A stretch of DNA of 64,000 nt from Lepidodermella squamata (GCA_047495785.1 JBLDXI010000028.1:1364001-1428000), one strand, 5' to 3'. Positions 39,506 through 52,400 are shown, numbered from the stretch's first letter. Numbers and translations are program-made. The notes: generated by a model not told the origin, from the sequence alone.

Positions 39506-42219
39506 TTAGATATTATGCGGTGCTGCCATGCCTGGCTGGGTCGTTGATGGCGGCAGACGGTCATGGGCCTCCAGTTGGCGCTCGAATTCGCGAAGTTCGT
39601 CCTCCGTATACACCGGGCCTTCTTCATCGATAGTTTTCCAACCTTCGTCCTGCTCGAACTCAGGGTCGTCGGTCGAGTCCAAAAATTCCTGTAGCGAGAC
39701 GAGGTAATCGTTGTCCTTGTCGAGCTGTTTCACAAAATGCTCTCGCATGCGGTTCATTTCTTCGTAGCGCTCGACCATGTCGTGATCGGTCGCATTCGGG
39801 CCGTAGACTTTGTCGAGCTCAGTCGTGAACAGGGCTTCGATTTCAGCCGGGTCCAAATACCCGTCGTCGTTGATGTCTAAAATTGAGAGAGAATTTGAGA
39901 AGTCATCAAAAACAAGTTCGTGCTTACATTTTTCCTTGCGTTAAACACTGAATTTTCTCTCTAAAAAGTGTTTCCCACAAAAACCATTGAGGCTTGCGTT
40001 GGGTTTCTAATTCAGCAAATAATAACGTTTTGTACCCGATACTTCTAACGTGAATAAGGGAAGCCTCCCGCCGGAGATAAAGTACCCTTTGGCAGAAAAG
40101 ATGCCCAGAGCGGGGGTTACCGCCGTTCCCCTCTCCATCTTACGCTGTATCACTACGCCCTTCAGTTAGCGGCGGGGTCGCGCAGTCACCAGGCCTGTCT
40201 GCCAGGTTGACGACCATGGTAGAAGGAGAAAAGATAAGGGCATGCACTGTCAAACTAGTCTTGAACGAATGGCAGCAAAGGCGACTTGAAGCATCTCGAC
40301 ACGAGCCGGACATGGAAATGGACTTTATCGAAGTCAAGGACAAGAAGATAATCAACCCACAACAGTAGCTGCACTCATCGGTCAGGGTGAGGCGGCACCC
40401 CAGCGATGAGTCTTCTTCTAGTTTTATCATCGACTTGACGGAACTTGGGGTAGGGCAATCCGCGCCAGCCCAGTCAAGAAACAACACTGGCCCTACGAGG
40501 ACATACATCGGTTTCTGATCAGCAGCCGAAAATACACCGCCGGGCGGCGGAAAGACAAGGTGTGGCCGAAGCAACTAATGGAGTCGTACAATTGCTACTG
40601 GTGGCTATCCAGCTTTAGTTAAATACAAAAATTGTTTCTTAAGGCAGCATGCTATTTCGTGCCTTCAACATTCGAAGTTATTGCCTTTCCCTTCTGAGAA
40701 AATTACTCTCAGATCATCAGATCGTCTTCGAGTTCAATGCCAAGAAGAGCAATTTAATATTTACGTGTCTTCCTCAATAATACGCCCTCGATTTGAGAAC
40801 ATTGAGAACTATTGTGCCTAATAGTTCTTTGCGCTAAAACTTCGAAAAACTTCGCCGACCCCGCCAAGCGGTTTCGATTTCGTATCGATCCCAAACTGCT
40901 TTCTGGAGAATCACAACTGGAGTCGCCGCGTTCGCCTCAGCCAGCGACCTATCGGGGTGTTGGCGTCGTGTATTCCGTGAGAAAATAATTCACGCTACCA
41001 ACAACGTATAGGAATCAATTAATGCGGTATCGGCGAGTCAGAATCGCCATTCGCGATTTCTTACGATTGACTTTCTTTCTGGACTTGATAATATCTTGAC
41101 TTAGGTATATTATTCGATCACTTTTCAAATGTACGATTGCTCAGCCTGGCGATGCAAACTGATTTTTGGTGATCTAAGGTGTCTTTTCGAGAAATTTTGG
41201 TGTCAACCCTTTTTCACTTGTTAACAACAATTTAAAAATAATCATACCATGTAGCTTGAAGAAAACTTTCGGGTTGAAAGAATCCGCGTCCTGGTCATCA
41301 GCCTTCTCCCACACCTCCTCGAGCTGGTCCTTGCTGCCCGGGTGGTGCAGCGGTTCGTGCTTCATTTCCTGCTTGTGTTCCTGCTCGTGTTGCGCCTTCT
41401 GCTTCGCCTGCTCCTCGGCCGGCAAATCCTTGATTTTATCACGGAATTCGTGCTCCTTTTCCATTTCGTACTTCTTGAACTCCTCAGCGCGTTGCTTGTC
41501 GATAGCTTCCATGTCGAGACGGACCTTCTTGATGAGACGCTTCAAATCCTGAGGGCTGAATGTATCCATAGTTCCGTGATCAAGATGGTCGGCAAAGTCC
41601 ATCTTAAGACGATCGGTAACTGGAAAAAAATTGAAAAATTGATATTAAATTTGACAAATTGATTAGCCATTGATTATTTTAAATTAAAAAATTAAAAAAA
41701 AATCATTTTATTCTCCCAATTTGTCACAAATTAAAAATCGAATTAAAAAATTATTTCTAATTTTTCAATTTTTTTGAGGAAAAGTAATCAAAAAATTGAA
41801 AAACACTTGGAAATAATTTCGAACTTACTATTTTGCTTGTTCATTTCAGCCAGTTGGGCTTCTTTGCGGGCAACATCTCGCAACCGGTCGACCTCGCGGC
41901 GTTTCAGCTCATCGAGACGCGTGCGTATATTGTGGCCCAGCAAGTCGACAAAATTCGAAATAGAACCGTCCCAAATTTGCTCGGCAGTCATGTTTTGGAT
42001 CTTATTACGGAATCCTTCATCCTCCTCGAGCAAATTCACGACTTCACGCAGGTAGCGGCCATATTCCAGCTTGGTTTCGATGCTCTCTTCCTCCTGCTTT
42101 TCCTCCTTGGTATGCGGCTTCTCGTTCTCGGCTGCAGGTTCGTCGACGCGGTTGACAGGCGGCGCGACGATTTGTTGCGCCAGAACAAGGCCCAAAATCA
42201 AAATTATTAAATACTTCAT
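39506..42219 (-). CDS. Nucleobindin paralogue B; exons 42219-41829, 41619-41248, 39876-39506
   Basis: Same motifs and intron positions as paralogue A (LEYGRYLREVV, HHPGSKDQLEEVWE, DINDDGYLD, DKDNDYLVSLQEF). Confidence 0.93.
40030..40620 (+). mobile_element. GC-rich insertion remnant in nucleobindin B intron 2
   Basis: This intron is 1371 bp versus 51 bp in paralogue A. It contains a segment homologous to 26664-26736. Boundaries are approximate. Confidence 0.45.
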
Positions 42220-42626
42220 AACTAGAAGAATATTAAAAATAAATAGAATTTTAAAACAATTTTTTTTCAATCCCAGTGAAGACGAGAAGAAAGGCTTTTG
42301 TTGCGAAGAAAAATACTAGCAGTCCTCGAAGAAAATCGACAAAAACAACGCTACATCATTGCAGTCATAGTTAGTAATCATATCATAATAACGTAAAATT
42401 ATCATTATTTTTTTAGTCCAATTTTTCACAAAAAATAATAATATAAGTAAATATTTTATAATGAGCAATGGCAGGAACATGAATAGACACTATATAATGC
42501 CAAACAGATCAAACAAATCTCAGAAAAAAAAATGATAGAAAATCCGCCTTAAAATGATATGTATTTTTTCGCTGTCTAGTTATCTCCTGCTCTGAGTTTT
42601 TGTTTGATCTAAATGGCTTCAACGTG

Positions 42627-45287
42627 TTAACTAGCGTCATAGAATTGCACGCCATTGATACCGAGGTGACGGACGTAGAATGGCACAGGTAGGCAAACAA
42701 AGGCGGGTCGGTTGTAGAGCACTTCGTACGCGGCGTAGCACTCATTAGCCAACGCCTCGCCGGCACACGGGTCGACAAACACGGCATGCTGCGGCTCTTC
42801 AGCCTTCATAGGCCCCGCCTCATCGCTAAGAACGGTTTCATTAACCAACCCTGATGTCAAGTCAATCGACTCGTGAAGGCTCGGGTTGGCGCCGAATGAC
42901 GAGAGAACAGACAGCCACCCCTGCAGGGCTTCAACAATCGTTTTCTGCGAGCCATCGCCAGTTTTCGCCGCCAATTTTTGCTGGTCCAGTTGCTGTAATT
43001 TCGCCTTTTTCAGCAGTAAATTGTAAGCGGTTAGCAATGGCGTCGCACTGGCCGGACAGGTTTTCGCGCCCTCGTTTAACCGGACAATTTTTGTGAGAAA
43101 TAGGGCCAATTCTGACGATTTTTCGCATGTACCTTTCGATGGCATATATTTTTTAACGTTTTGTTGAACTGTTACGACTCGAGGGGCTTTCGCGGGTTCT
43201 ACCGGGGGCGGTATTGGGGTGCGATTGGTCAGTACTTCAGGTGAGGCGTGAACCGGGTTTTCGTTGTTGGTTAGTATCTGCTCACCTTTCACAGATTTCT
43301 GCGGGCTTTCTTCAGAATCGGTCACAGATAGCGATAAACCGGCTTCGGTAACAAAGTCAAACGTTCCCATAGCAGCATCCATCGTGGCTGCGATTTTCTG
43401 GAATTAATTTGAATTTCAAATAATTTATTCTAAACATGTAATTTATTTTACCTGAGATTCTTTTGAGCAGCAATATATAGCAGACGGGTCCATAGGATGA
43501 GCTTCGGTGTTGAAAACGTAACCGCCCGCATGAACAGTGCACTGACCATGTGGAGTATCAAAAGTTATCGGATCTTCGCCGTTCGAATTGATGAAATTAT
43601 CCAGATCGAAAACTAAATATAGATATTTCAAAGTTTCAGCGATCCAAAATGACTCCATTCGATTTTCTAGCGTGTGATCTCGCACGTTATGAAGTGAAGC
43701 GAATCCACATGGCGTTCGAGCTAATTGATTTATATTGTCTACCATTGTCGCTGCAGCTTCGAGATAAAACGGGTCTCTAGTAGCTCGATAACTAATGTTG
43801 AAAAAAATCTTCAATTTTTTGAAATTGAAGGAAAATTTAAAAATTACAGATAATATGTTGATTCAGCTAATTCGGGCCGAAGAGGGTACGCAGCCCGGTT
43901 TTCTTTGACTTCCCTCGCCGATAAATCGTAAATTTCTGGCAAGCTGCCATATTGCCGCCAGATTTCGAAATATTTACTGTAAATTTTAATAGCATCGTTG
44001 ATATTTCCAGTTATCGCCAAAACTCCAGGCCAAAAAGATTCGAGCGATTGGAAGTAGGGCCACGTGACTTGGCCAGTTTCCATCGATACCATAACGTGCC
44101 AGTCGCCTTTTCGTATATACTTATTTATCACATTTGCATATTCGTGAAACATGTAGAGTAAATCGGGTCGATCGAATAACGCGCCAGCTTTGGCTAGATA
44201 CTCGAAATAGCTATCGACTGCCGAGCCAATACTATGTAATAAAATATATCACATCAAAGTAACTAGATTAAAAACTTGAAGTATGATTACTGACACGTCA
44301 GATTTCAAATAAACATGTGTACGCAAGCGTTATCCTCTCGAATAAAATTAAATCAGGTGATGACGTGTTTACAATTTCAATTTGATTCATCACGTGAAAA
44401 TGTAATTGCTTTTGAACGTAAAGCGAGACAGCATAGAATTTCTGATTTTTTTTAGAGGGAAACTTCGAAAAATTTTCCCTTGAAAATCGCAAAATTCGAC
44501 GTTACTTACGTTGCATCGGTCGCAGTCCATTTCCCAGTTGAAGTATCAACATGATTTCCCACCAAGCCAGTTTTCGCATTTCGATGGTCCCATAATGAGT
44601 ATAACGCTCGAATGGCTACTCGTTCGAACTCCGGATCGCCTGTCAGCCGACTCAGCACTCCGAATTCAACCAAGAACGTGCCAACACTCGCTACGCAAGT
44701 TACCGGAGTTTCACCCTTTGGAACTCCATCGCGAAGATTAACTGTTCCATAAGGCATTCCGGTTTTTGTGTAGAAAGCTGGCAACAATTTCCGCGCGACG
44801 GCAACAGCAGCGTCGAGAAGAGGCCCAGAACACGGCCAGCCGGGTGAAGTATTGTAACCGGTTCTTTTCGCCATGAGGTGAGCTGATAACAGACCACCTA
44901 CCACTCTGATATTGGTTTCAAAAACCGAGACATTGATCGATCGATCGAGGTCTATTGAGTCGAGAATAATCGAAGCTGCGCGTTGAAATTCGGTGTGATT
45001 TCCGACAATAGCTAGCATGTCGAGAGAGTCGACCAGTGTCAGTGAATAGCTGCCGAATGTTTCCTGCCCATCGCAACTGAGCGGTCGCAATTCATCTCGC
45101 GGGAACGCATTGCTCACGTAACTGTTGTACGACTCATAAAACATCGACAAAACCTTGTTCCTGTAACGAGAAATCGTAATTATCAACAAAAATCATCAAT
45201 TCCAAGCGCAAACCTGTAGTGTTTGACGTCAACTGCATAGCTGGCCGAGAATAGAATCAAAGACAGGAAAAGCAATGAGTATTGCAT
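42627..45287 (-). CDS. EDEM2: ER degradation-enhancing alpha-mannosidase-like protein (GH47), EDEM2-like, multi-exon
   Basis: Signal MQYSLLFLSLILFSASYA, AFPRDELRPLSCDG, SVFETNIRVVGGLLSAH, GWPCSGPLL, TGMPYGTVNL, YPLRPELAESTYYL, ENRMESFWIAETLKYLYL, GGYVFNTEAHPMD. Confidence 0.92.
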
Positions 45288-45370
45288 AACATATCAATAA
45301 TCGAATCTCTCAACAGACCTACGGCACAATAATTCAACGTATTTAAATAATTATTCAATACATTAAAATA

Positions 45371-46927
45371 TCAATTCGGAATGTTAGCATAATGACGCAT
45401 TGAAGCTTGCGGCCAGAAGATTTTAGAATAAAGAGCAGCTCTTTCGTCTTTCGTTGTTGCAACTGAAAGTAATCGAGCAATTGTATCACGAGTATTGCGA
45501 GGAAGAATAATGCCGTCATCCCAAAGCCTGGCAGATGCGTATATCGCATCGCGATACCCAAGAGGATTCTTTTTCGGAGTTTCCTCGTCGTCGATTTCGG
45601 CATCGTCAGATACTTCATTTCGATTGAAAGAGGTAAAAAATTTAGCAGTTGGCCATGAAAGAATAAAGTCCGGCTGAAGACCGGAGGAAAAATAAACCTC
45701 TTCAGCGCGATGATCGCCGATAAGAAGCGAAATTCGAGGGACACTGCAAGTTGAAATAATAGAAGTCAATCTAGCTGCTGCGCTCAAGGCTAGTGGGTTC
45801 ATTTTGTCAGGGCAAGGAGAAGAATTTGAGATGAAAACCAATGATATATTTCTTGACGAACAAATCTGAACGAAATGAGCGAACTTTGCCAATGAATCTG
45901 GATCGTTGACTAAAGGTATTGAGCCGGTTGAAACAACAATTCCAACCGAAATGCCCTTAATTGTTCCAAAACCAGCTTTCACAGCTAGGCCATACTCAGG
46001 TTTGTAATCGTGATAGATACTTCCGTCAAAGAGACCATCCAGAAGTTTTTTCGCATCAAAGCATGTTAAATCATCAGACATTATCGAGTCTATTTCATCA
46101 AGAGATTGAAGAGGTTCGTCGAAGGGCTCTGATGAAGAAATCGACTTTTTAGGCAGGGTCAGCTTGAATAATTCACGCGTAAGAGCCATTGCCTCAGTTT
46201 CATTGGCAGATCGCGCATCTGTGCAACCACTCACAGTTGTATGCAGCTTAGCTCCACCTAGTTCCTCTACGGTCAACACTGTTCCAAGCGCAGCTTTCAC
46301 AAGAGGCGGACCCCCAAGAAAGACGGCACCTTGCCGTTCTACGATGACAGCCTGATCGGTCATCATGGGGGTGTAAGCTCCACCAGCAGTGCAATGGCCT
46401 AAGACGACGGCCATCTGAGGAGCTTGATGACGTGCTTGATAATAAAATGATCGGCCGCCGTGATTTTCATCCGGGAATATTTCTGCCTGTAACGGTAGAA
46501 ACGCGCCAGCGGAATCTACGAGTGACAGCATGGGCAAATTGTTAGCTATGGCTATTCTGGCAGCACGCAAAGCTTTCTTTAATCCAATAGGATAAGTAGC
46601 GCCAGCTTTTACCGTGGAATCTTGAGCAATAACCAAACAATCGTGGCCTGAAATCCGGGCTATTCCTGTGACAACACCTCCGCAAGGTACAGTTCCAACG
46701 GGATCAGGTAGATCATAACCAGCACAACGAGAAAATTCATGAAACTGTGCATCTTTATCCATGATCAGTTGGATGCGATTACGAACAGTCAGCTTTTTCA
46801 GTGATATCTGACGTTCCACAGCTCTCCGCCCTCCACCAGCAAGAGATACTTGTTCAACGTGTCTGAAGTGAGCAAACTTTTGGGCCCATAAATGCCATCG
46901 AGCATTGGCAACAGCAGATAGGGACAT
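45371..46927 (-). CDS. Methylcrotonoyl-CoA carboxylase beta-like carboxyltransferase (MCCC2-like), apparently intronless
   Basis: 518-aa ORF with GGVVTGI, DSTVKAGATYP, LVDSAGAFLPLQAEIFPD..HGGR.FY, G.CTAGGAY.P, FLGGPPLVKAA, EELGGA.LH..VSG and YASARLWDDGIILP..TR. Confidence 0.88.
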   Translation of the reverse strand: MSLSAVANARWHLWAQKFAHFRHVEQVSLAGGGRRAVERQISLKKLTVRNRIQLIMDKDAQFHEFSRCAGYDLPDPVGTVPCGGVVTGIARISGHDCLVIAQDSTVKAGATYPIGLKKALRAARIAIANNLPMLSLVDSAGAFLPLQAEIFPDENHGGRSFYYQARHQAPQMAVVLGHCTAGGAYTPMMTDQAVIVERQGAVFLGGPPLVKAALGTVLTVEELGGAKLHTTVSGCTDARSANETEAMALTRELFKLTLPKKSISSSEPFDEPLQSLDEIDSIMSDDLTCFDAKKLLDGLFDGSIYHDYKPEYGLAVKAGFGTIKGISVGIVVSTGSIPLVNDPDSLAKFAHFVQICSSRNISLVFISNSSPCPDKMNPLALSAAARLTSIISTCSVPRISLLIGDHRAEEVYFSSGLQPDFILSWPTAKFFTSFNRNEVSDDAEIDDEETPKKNPLGYRDAIYASARLWDDGIILPRNTRDTIARLLSVATTKDERAALYSKIFWPQASMRHYANIPN

Positions 46928-48659
46928 CCCACTGAATGCACTGAATAAGGTCTTAATAAGGAGTCTGCTAGGGAAACAAGAAAAATTTCATATGTATGTA
47001 TAGAATCAATCAGAAGTTCGCGAGAAGTAGCGGAGATACGGGGGTTATGCTTGTTCAAGCATCCCGGTCCAAAATGGACCCCGACTGTGCCTTTTTTAAG
47101 GGGAAAACCTTACGCTTTTGACCACTCCTCCTCTTCCTCCATTTCAAAGCCAAAAGTTTTTTTGATGCCTTAACAAAGTCTAAGATTTGCACCTTTGCAT
47201 CCCAATAAAATTTAATAGCTCCACCGCTGTTCGTGAGTGTTGCTTTTGAAACAGGCTCGTCTTGAGGTTAAAAAATATCACTTCAGCTTTAAAAACGGCG
47301 CATGATGAAGCCTCGCAAGTACGCAAACAGCTCAGCCAATGAATCCTTTGTGAGTGCTGACGTGTTGACAATTCGATGCGCGTCCTTAACTCCTCGAACC
47401 AAGTCGTCGAAAAACTCGCCTTTTCAATTGGTATTTGCTTTTCACAGACGATATATTTCATATACAAATATGTTATAGAACACAATTTTGAATACAGCTA
47501 ATATTTAATAAAAGCGTTGAGCGTGTCATCGCGGGGCCGGCTTTTCGTTTCAAGTTTTCTTGGGCTCCCTTCGTTCTGTGTCGTTCGACGTGCGTGTTGC
47601 CCTGTGTCGTTCTAGGGTGATGCATTCCAAGTTTCAGGTTGAGTAGCTCTCCTTGCGTGGGATTTATAGCAGGATTATTCAGGATTTCGCTGTCCAAAGT
47701 TATCTTTATGTCTTTAAGCTCTAATGAATCCACCTTGAAATCTTATCTTAGCTGCCAGCCGTTTCTCTGTTGTTCTATGTTCTATGTTCTATGGCAAAGG
47801 CATTTCGAAATTGATGCTGTCTCGTAGTTCGAAACAGCGTTTGCTTCATTCTAGTTGGCAATATGAGTGCCGTGTAGTGACTGACGACCGGCAACGATTG
47901 TATACGCCTATGCTCTGTTCTTTTTTCTAGCTTCGCCTATCTTCTGAATTCTTCATGTCTGACTAAGTAATCCTTTTTTGCGCTGCGGTTTTCGAATGGG
48001 ACTTGGTCTGTTGTATGCTACATGCTCCAGTGATATTAAGCTTCAAGGATTAGTTGGTTTGTTATGTGTTAGATTATTAGCATTGCTGTCTTCAAGTTAT
48101 TTTTAGTCTTTCAAGTTTCAGGAATGCATATTCCTTTGTTGATATCAGATCACGCTCACGTGTGAGAATAGTCGTCGTGTCATCTCGCTAGAGTAAATAT
48201 GATCATGCTCATTCTATTGCATCCATTCATCCATTCTATTGCTTATCAGAAATCTAAAATCAGACCGGCGAAGGTGAAGGGGATCAGTGCTGTAAATATG
48301 CTGGAAACATTTTATTTATTTGATAACTTCTACCAAATTCTAAGTCGAAATAGAACAATCAGTTTCTTTCTGCCGAAACTCGATGGTGTGGTGTTTTTCA
48401 GCATTGATTCGTATATTTTTAGACACAGACAACAGACAAAGATTGATCGCAAACATGCAATCTTGATCTCGTATCAACTGTGCAAGTTATGATTCGAAGC
48501 CCTCTGTATTGGCGACAAATGAGCTGTGGGTATATATATATATTCTGTCTTTGAGACATCTCGTTTCATCAACTTTTCATATCAACTTGCTACGAATAGT
48601 AAGCTTCTTGGTGTTTATTGTGAATTTTATGATGATTAGGTTAGGAAACATCCTTGAAA

Positions 48660-49347
48660 ATGTTGATGCCCAAGAAGGACCGGAAGGCCGTGTACACCCT
48701 CCTCTTCGCCGAGGGTGTCTTGGTCGCCAAGAAGGACATCCACGCCCCCAAGCATCCTCAGTTGGACGTTCCAAACTTGCACGTCATCAAGGCCATGCAG
48801 GTAAGACCGCAAACTTATAGAATTCGACTGTGATCTAATGAGCAATAAATAGGGTCTGCAATCAAGAGGCTATGTGAAGGAGCAGTTCTGCTGGAAGCAC
48901 TACTACTGGTACCTCACCAACGAGGGCATCCAATATCTCCGCGAATACCTTCACTTGCCGCCTGAGATCGTCCCGGCGACTCTGAAACGCACGGCTGCTC
49001 AACGCCAGGGCGAAACCACTGCCCGGCCTCTTGGTGCTTCCGGTACCCCGAAGACTGGCGATGCCGTCCCTCTTGCTGGCCGCGATGCCTACCGTCGTGG
49101 TGAGTATTTCTTACTACTATACCCTATCTATAGTTGTATTAATTGAAATGAATCGCAGTGTGTAGTAGTAAAAGGCTAATTTGGTATGCACTACCTGATT
49201 ATAAATTCTATTTTATTTTTTAGATGACAAGGCTGCTGCTGCCGGTTCTGGCGCGGCCCCCATCGGATTCGTAAGTTACTGAGATACTATCTACCTCATT
49301 TATGCACGTTGTTCTATTTTATTTCACAGGGCGAAGGTGCAAAATAA
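48660..49347 (+). CDS. RPS10: 40S ribosomal protein S10 (eS10); exons 48660-48800, 48853-49099, 49224-49270, 49330-49347
   Basis: [26 protein letters not shown]...[11 protein letters not shown]|[44 protein letters not shown]. Confidence 0.97.
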
Positions 49348-49484
49348 AATACGTTTATAGTTGCGATGATGTGATGTAGAGGGAAAAAAGCAGTAAAAAG
49401 CTCGCTATTCTACAAATTGATTTTCTGTATTTTCTTTTTAGTGTTGTGTTTTTATATATTAATGGTTGAGATTTTATTTATCTA

Positions 49485-52400
49485 ATGCTGCAACCTCAAC
49501 TTGTTGAAAACGGGAATGCAACTCAGTATCATGTCGGAAATGGCGATGTTTATTACAACAGCAGAAACTACCCTCCTCCCCAGCAGCAGCAACAACAACA
49601 GACGGCTATGCGTTCGGCGTCAGTTAATGGCCTGAATTATGCCGAGCCACCACCTCAACAGCCGCAAAGTGGAAATTTTTATCAACAGCCGAGGCCAGCA
49701 GCGCCGGTCAATCGACCAGCCGAGACGCAGAAAAACGCGCCGTTGATGCGAGGCTGGCTGTTTCATTGGGAGGGCTGGCCGATCAAATTTTGGCATAAGC
49801 GATGGGCCGTCTTGCGACTAGGCACTCTAAATGTGTATAAATCATCGACCAGCGACAAATTGCTGAACTCATTCCTGCTTCACAACTACCAAATCACGAT
49901 TTCAGGCCGCGAGGATAAAAATTACCGGCGATTTGCCTTCCGTTGTGAGGCGCCTGGTCTGAAGACGCTGTATTTCGCAACTGAGACTGAGCTTGATATG
50001 GCGGAGTGGGTTCGAGCTCTGCAAGGCGCCGTTCAACCGATGGGCACTTTCCACTCCCATCCACCTCAAAACATCGAACAGCAAGCACCGCCTACGCCGC
50101 AAAATGATGCCGCTGATTACTCTTCCAAGTAAATTTTTTCTTCAGAAATTCCTCCTTGAATGTTTAAATCAATTCATTGTTTATATTTTTAGTACATTGC
50201 CTTATCATCGTCAAGTTGCGGCGCCAATCCAGCAGCAGTTTGGCAACAACAATTTCGCTAATTATCAGCAACAGCAACAACCCCAGGCGGGTTTCTACAA
50301 CTATACGCAGTCGCCACCTCTGCCGCCCCCAGTCCGATTTCCGCCGCCGCCCCCTCACCACCTCCAACAACAACAGCAACAGCAGCAGCAGCAAAATTAC
50401 GCCACATATCAAGCACCTCCTCAAATAATGAATAACAGCAACTACGAGAACCAGCAGCCTATCTACGAGCAGCAGCAAAAAGCGCCTGAAATGACGGCGT
50501 CGCGACAGCGTTTCGGCGCCTTCATCCAGCAGCTGGACGAGGAGCGGCGGAAGCGCTCGGCGTCGATGATCGGCCTTTCCGGGCCGCCTGTCACCTCGCC
50601 GATAACGCAATTGCAGGCCCCACAGCCTCTTCAGCAGAGCCAGCAGCAGCAAAACGGCAGCATTCCACCTCAAAATCATCAGGTTTGTTCTCGAAAACAA
50701 GCATTGTTTCATTAGAGCTATTCATTAATTTAAGGCGGCCTATCTATTCATCACATATTTTTAATATAAAATAATAGAGACTGTCTCAAAGTTTTGACAG
50801 CTCGTTGAAAAGTCATTGTCATTAGTGAAATGAAGTGAAAATTTTTGGCATAGTGCCTGCGGTTGAAATTTTGTGGTTAGAAAAATGTGACGTGAAAATT
50901 TTGGTAAAATATTTTAAAAAAAATAAGAAATTGACAGTTTCAGCTCCAAAACTAAAAAATTTAATTTGCGGTCAATAATTAAGCTGGAATTATTAAAATG
51001 AACATGTGATAAGAATCATAAAATTTGATGTTTATTTTTTTCAGAACTACGATTATGGTCAAGACAGATACGGTGGTTACACTACAAGTGAGTTACCTAT
51101 TTCAATTTTTTCCTACTATTTCCCCCTTCAATTAATACGACCCAGCTTGCGGTTGGCTCGCTAGCCAATTTGTTATGAACTAAACTCATTTGCATGCTTG
51201 CTCGTCCATATTATCTAGTTCCCTCTTCCTCTACTACCAACTCTACTACTACCACCGCCATCGCCCAGCCGGCTCAAGCGACTAGCCCGCCAGCAGTCGT
51301 TGAATCGCCGATCATTCCGCAGACAAACACTCGTTACTCAGCCCCGTTTCTTTTCAACGCCCTGCAACAGCAACTGCAAAATGAACAGCAGTGGAATTCG
51401 AGAAATTACGACTCATTAGATGTCGGGAGGAATAGCATGACTGTTTCAGTACCTCAACCCCAGCAAAAACCGATTGAGCCATACTCATCGCCCTCGATTC
51501 ACAGCAGCACGACTTATGACCGGCAGCAGCAAAATAACTCAGCGTTAAACGCATCGAATAATTCGTTGAATAAGCCGAAAATTCCGAATTTGCAGGAGCG
51601 AGTTTATAGCTTGATGCGATGCGTGAATAGCGAGGGCAACCAGACCCCGCAAAATCCGTCGCTTAGTCACTGGCTGAGGCAGGACTTACTCACCAGTTCG
51701 ACTGCGATTAATGAGGTGGATGGAACTCGCAGGGATGACGACCAAAACAGCGGAACTCTGACACCGGGCGTGACTCCGTCGAAATTGGACATTTCTCGGC
51801 CGGCGGCTAAGCCTGTAATGCAAATGAGCCCGCAGTACAGCCAGGTTGCGAAGAGAACGAATTCCGCTGTAATTGCGAGTAATAATAATTCAACGAATTC
51901 TACTGCTGCGAATGCACCTGCTTCTTCGATGTATGTCGAACACTGGTTGGATGCTCATGCCTCGGAGACCCCTCAGAGTAGCGTCGCAGTCGACAGTGGT
52001 TAGTTTTTTCAGAAAATCCTTACTAATCGCATGCTAGCTAGCAATAGACCCACCTTAATATTATCATTAAACCCACGCATGGTGAATGCATGAGATACGT
52101 TCAATTTTTCACAGGTTTCTAGGCTTAACTCTATGAAATGAGATATTAACGATCAAAATGCACCTAAACTTATTTCTTTAGGTTGAAAATGCTTGAAAAA
52201 TGATGGAAATTTCTCAACGCTTTATGAATGGAAAAATGCAAAAATCCTCCTTAAAAATTAGAACCTTATTTTCTGCAATATTTTTAAATTTAGCTAACAG
52301 TTTGAAATTCAGAAAAAATTGCTTATAGTGGAATACGGTAGCTTGTGACTTTCCGTCATTTAGTTCAAATGCTGAAAAAATTCAGAAATTTATTTTGCGA

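Noticed and set aside
10462-42551. TTAAGGCGGATT motif at approx. 10462, 12042 and 42540 (-)
   Set aside because: The copies do not pair as termini of a plausible element and are too short to call.
47180-47733. Two minus-strand ORFs upstream of the MCCC2-like gene
   Set aside because: No recognisable domain or consistent splice model.
49100-49223. Possible C/D snoRNA in RPS10 intron 2
   Set aside because: A CTGA is present but there is no proper RTGATGA C box and no recognisable rRNA guide.
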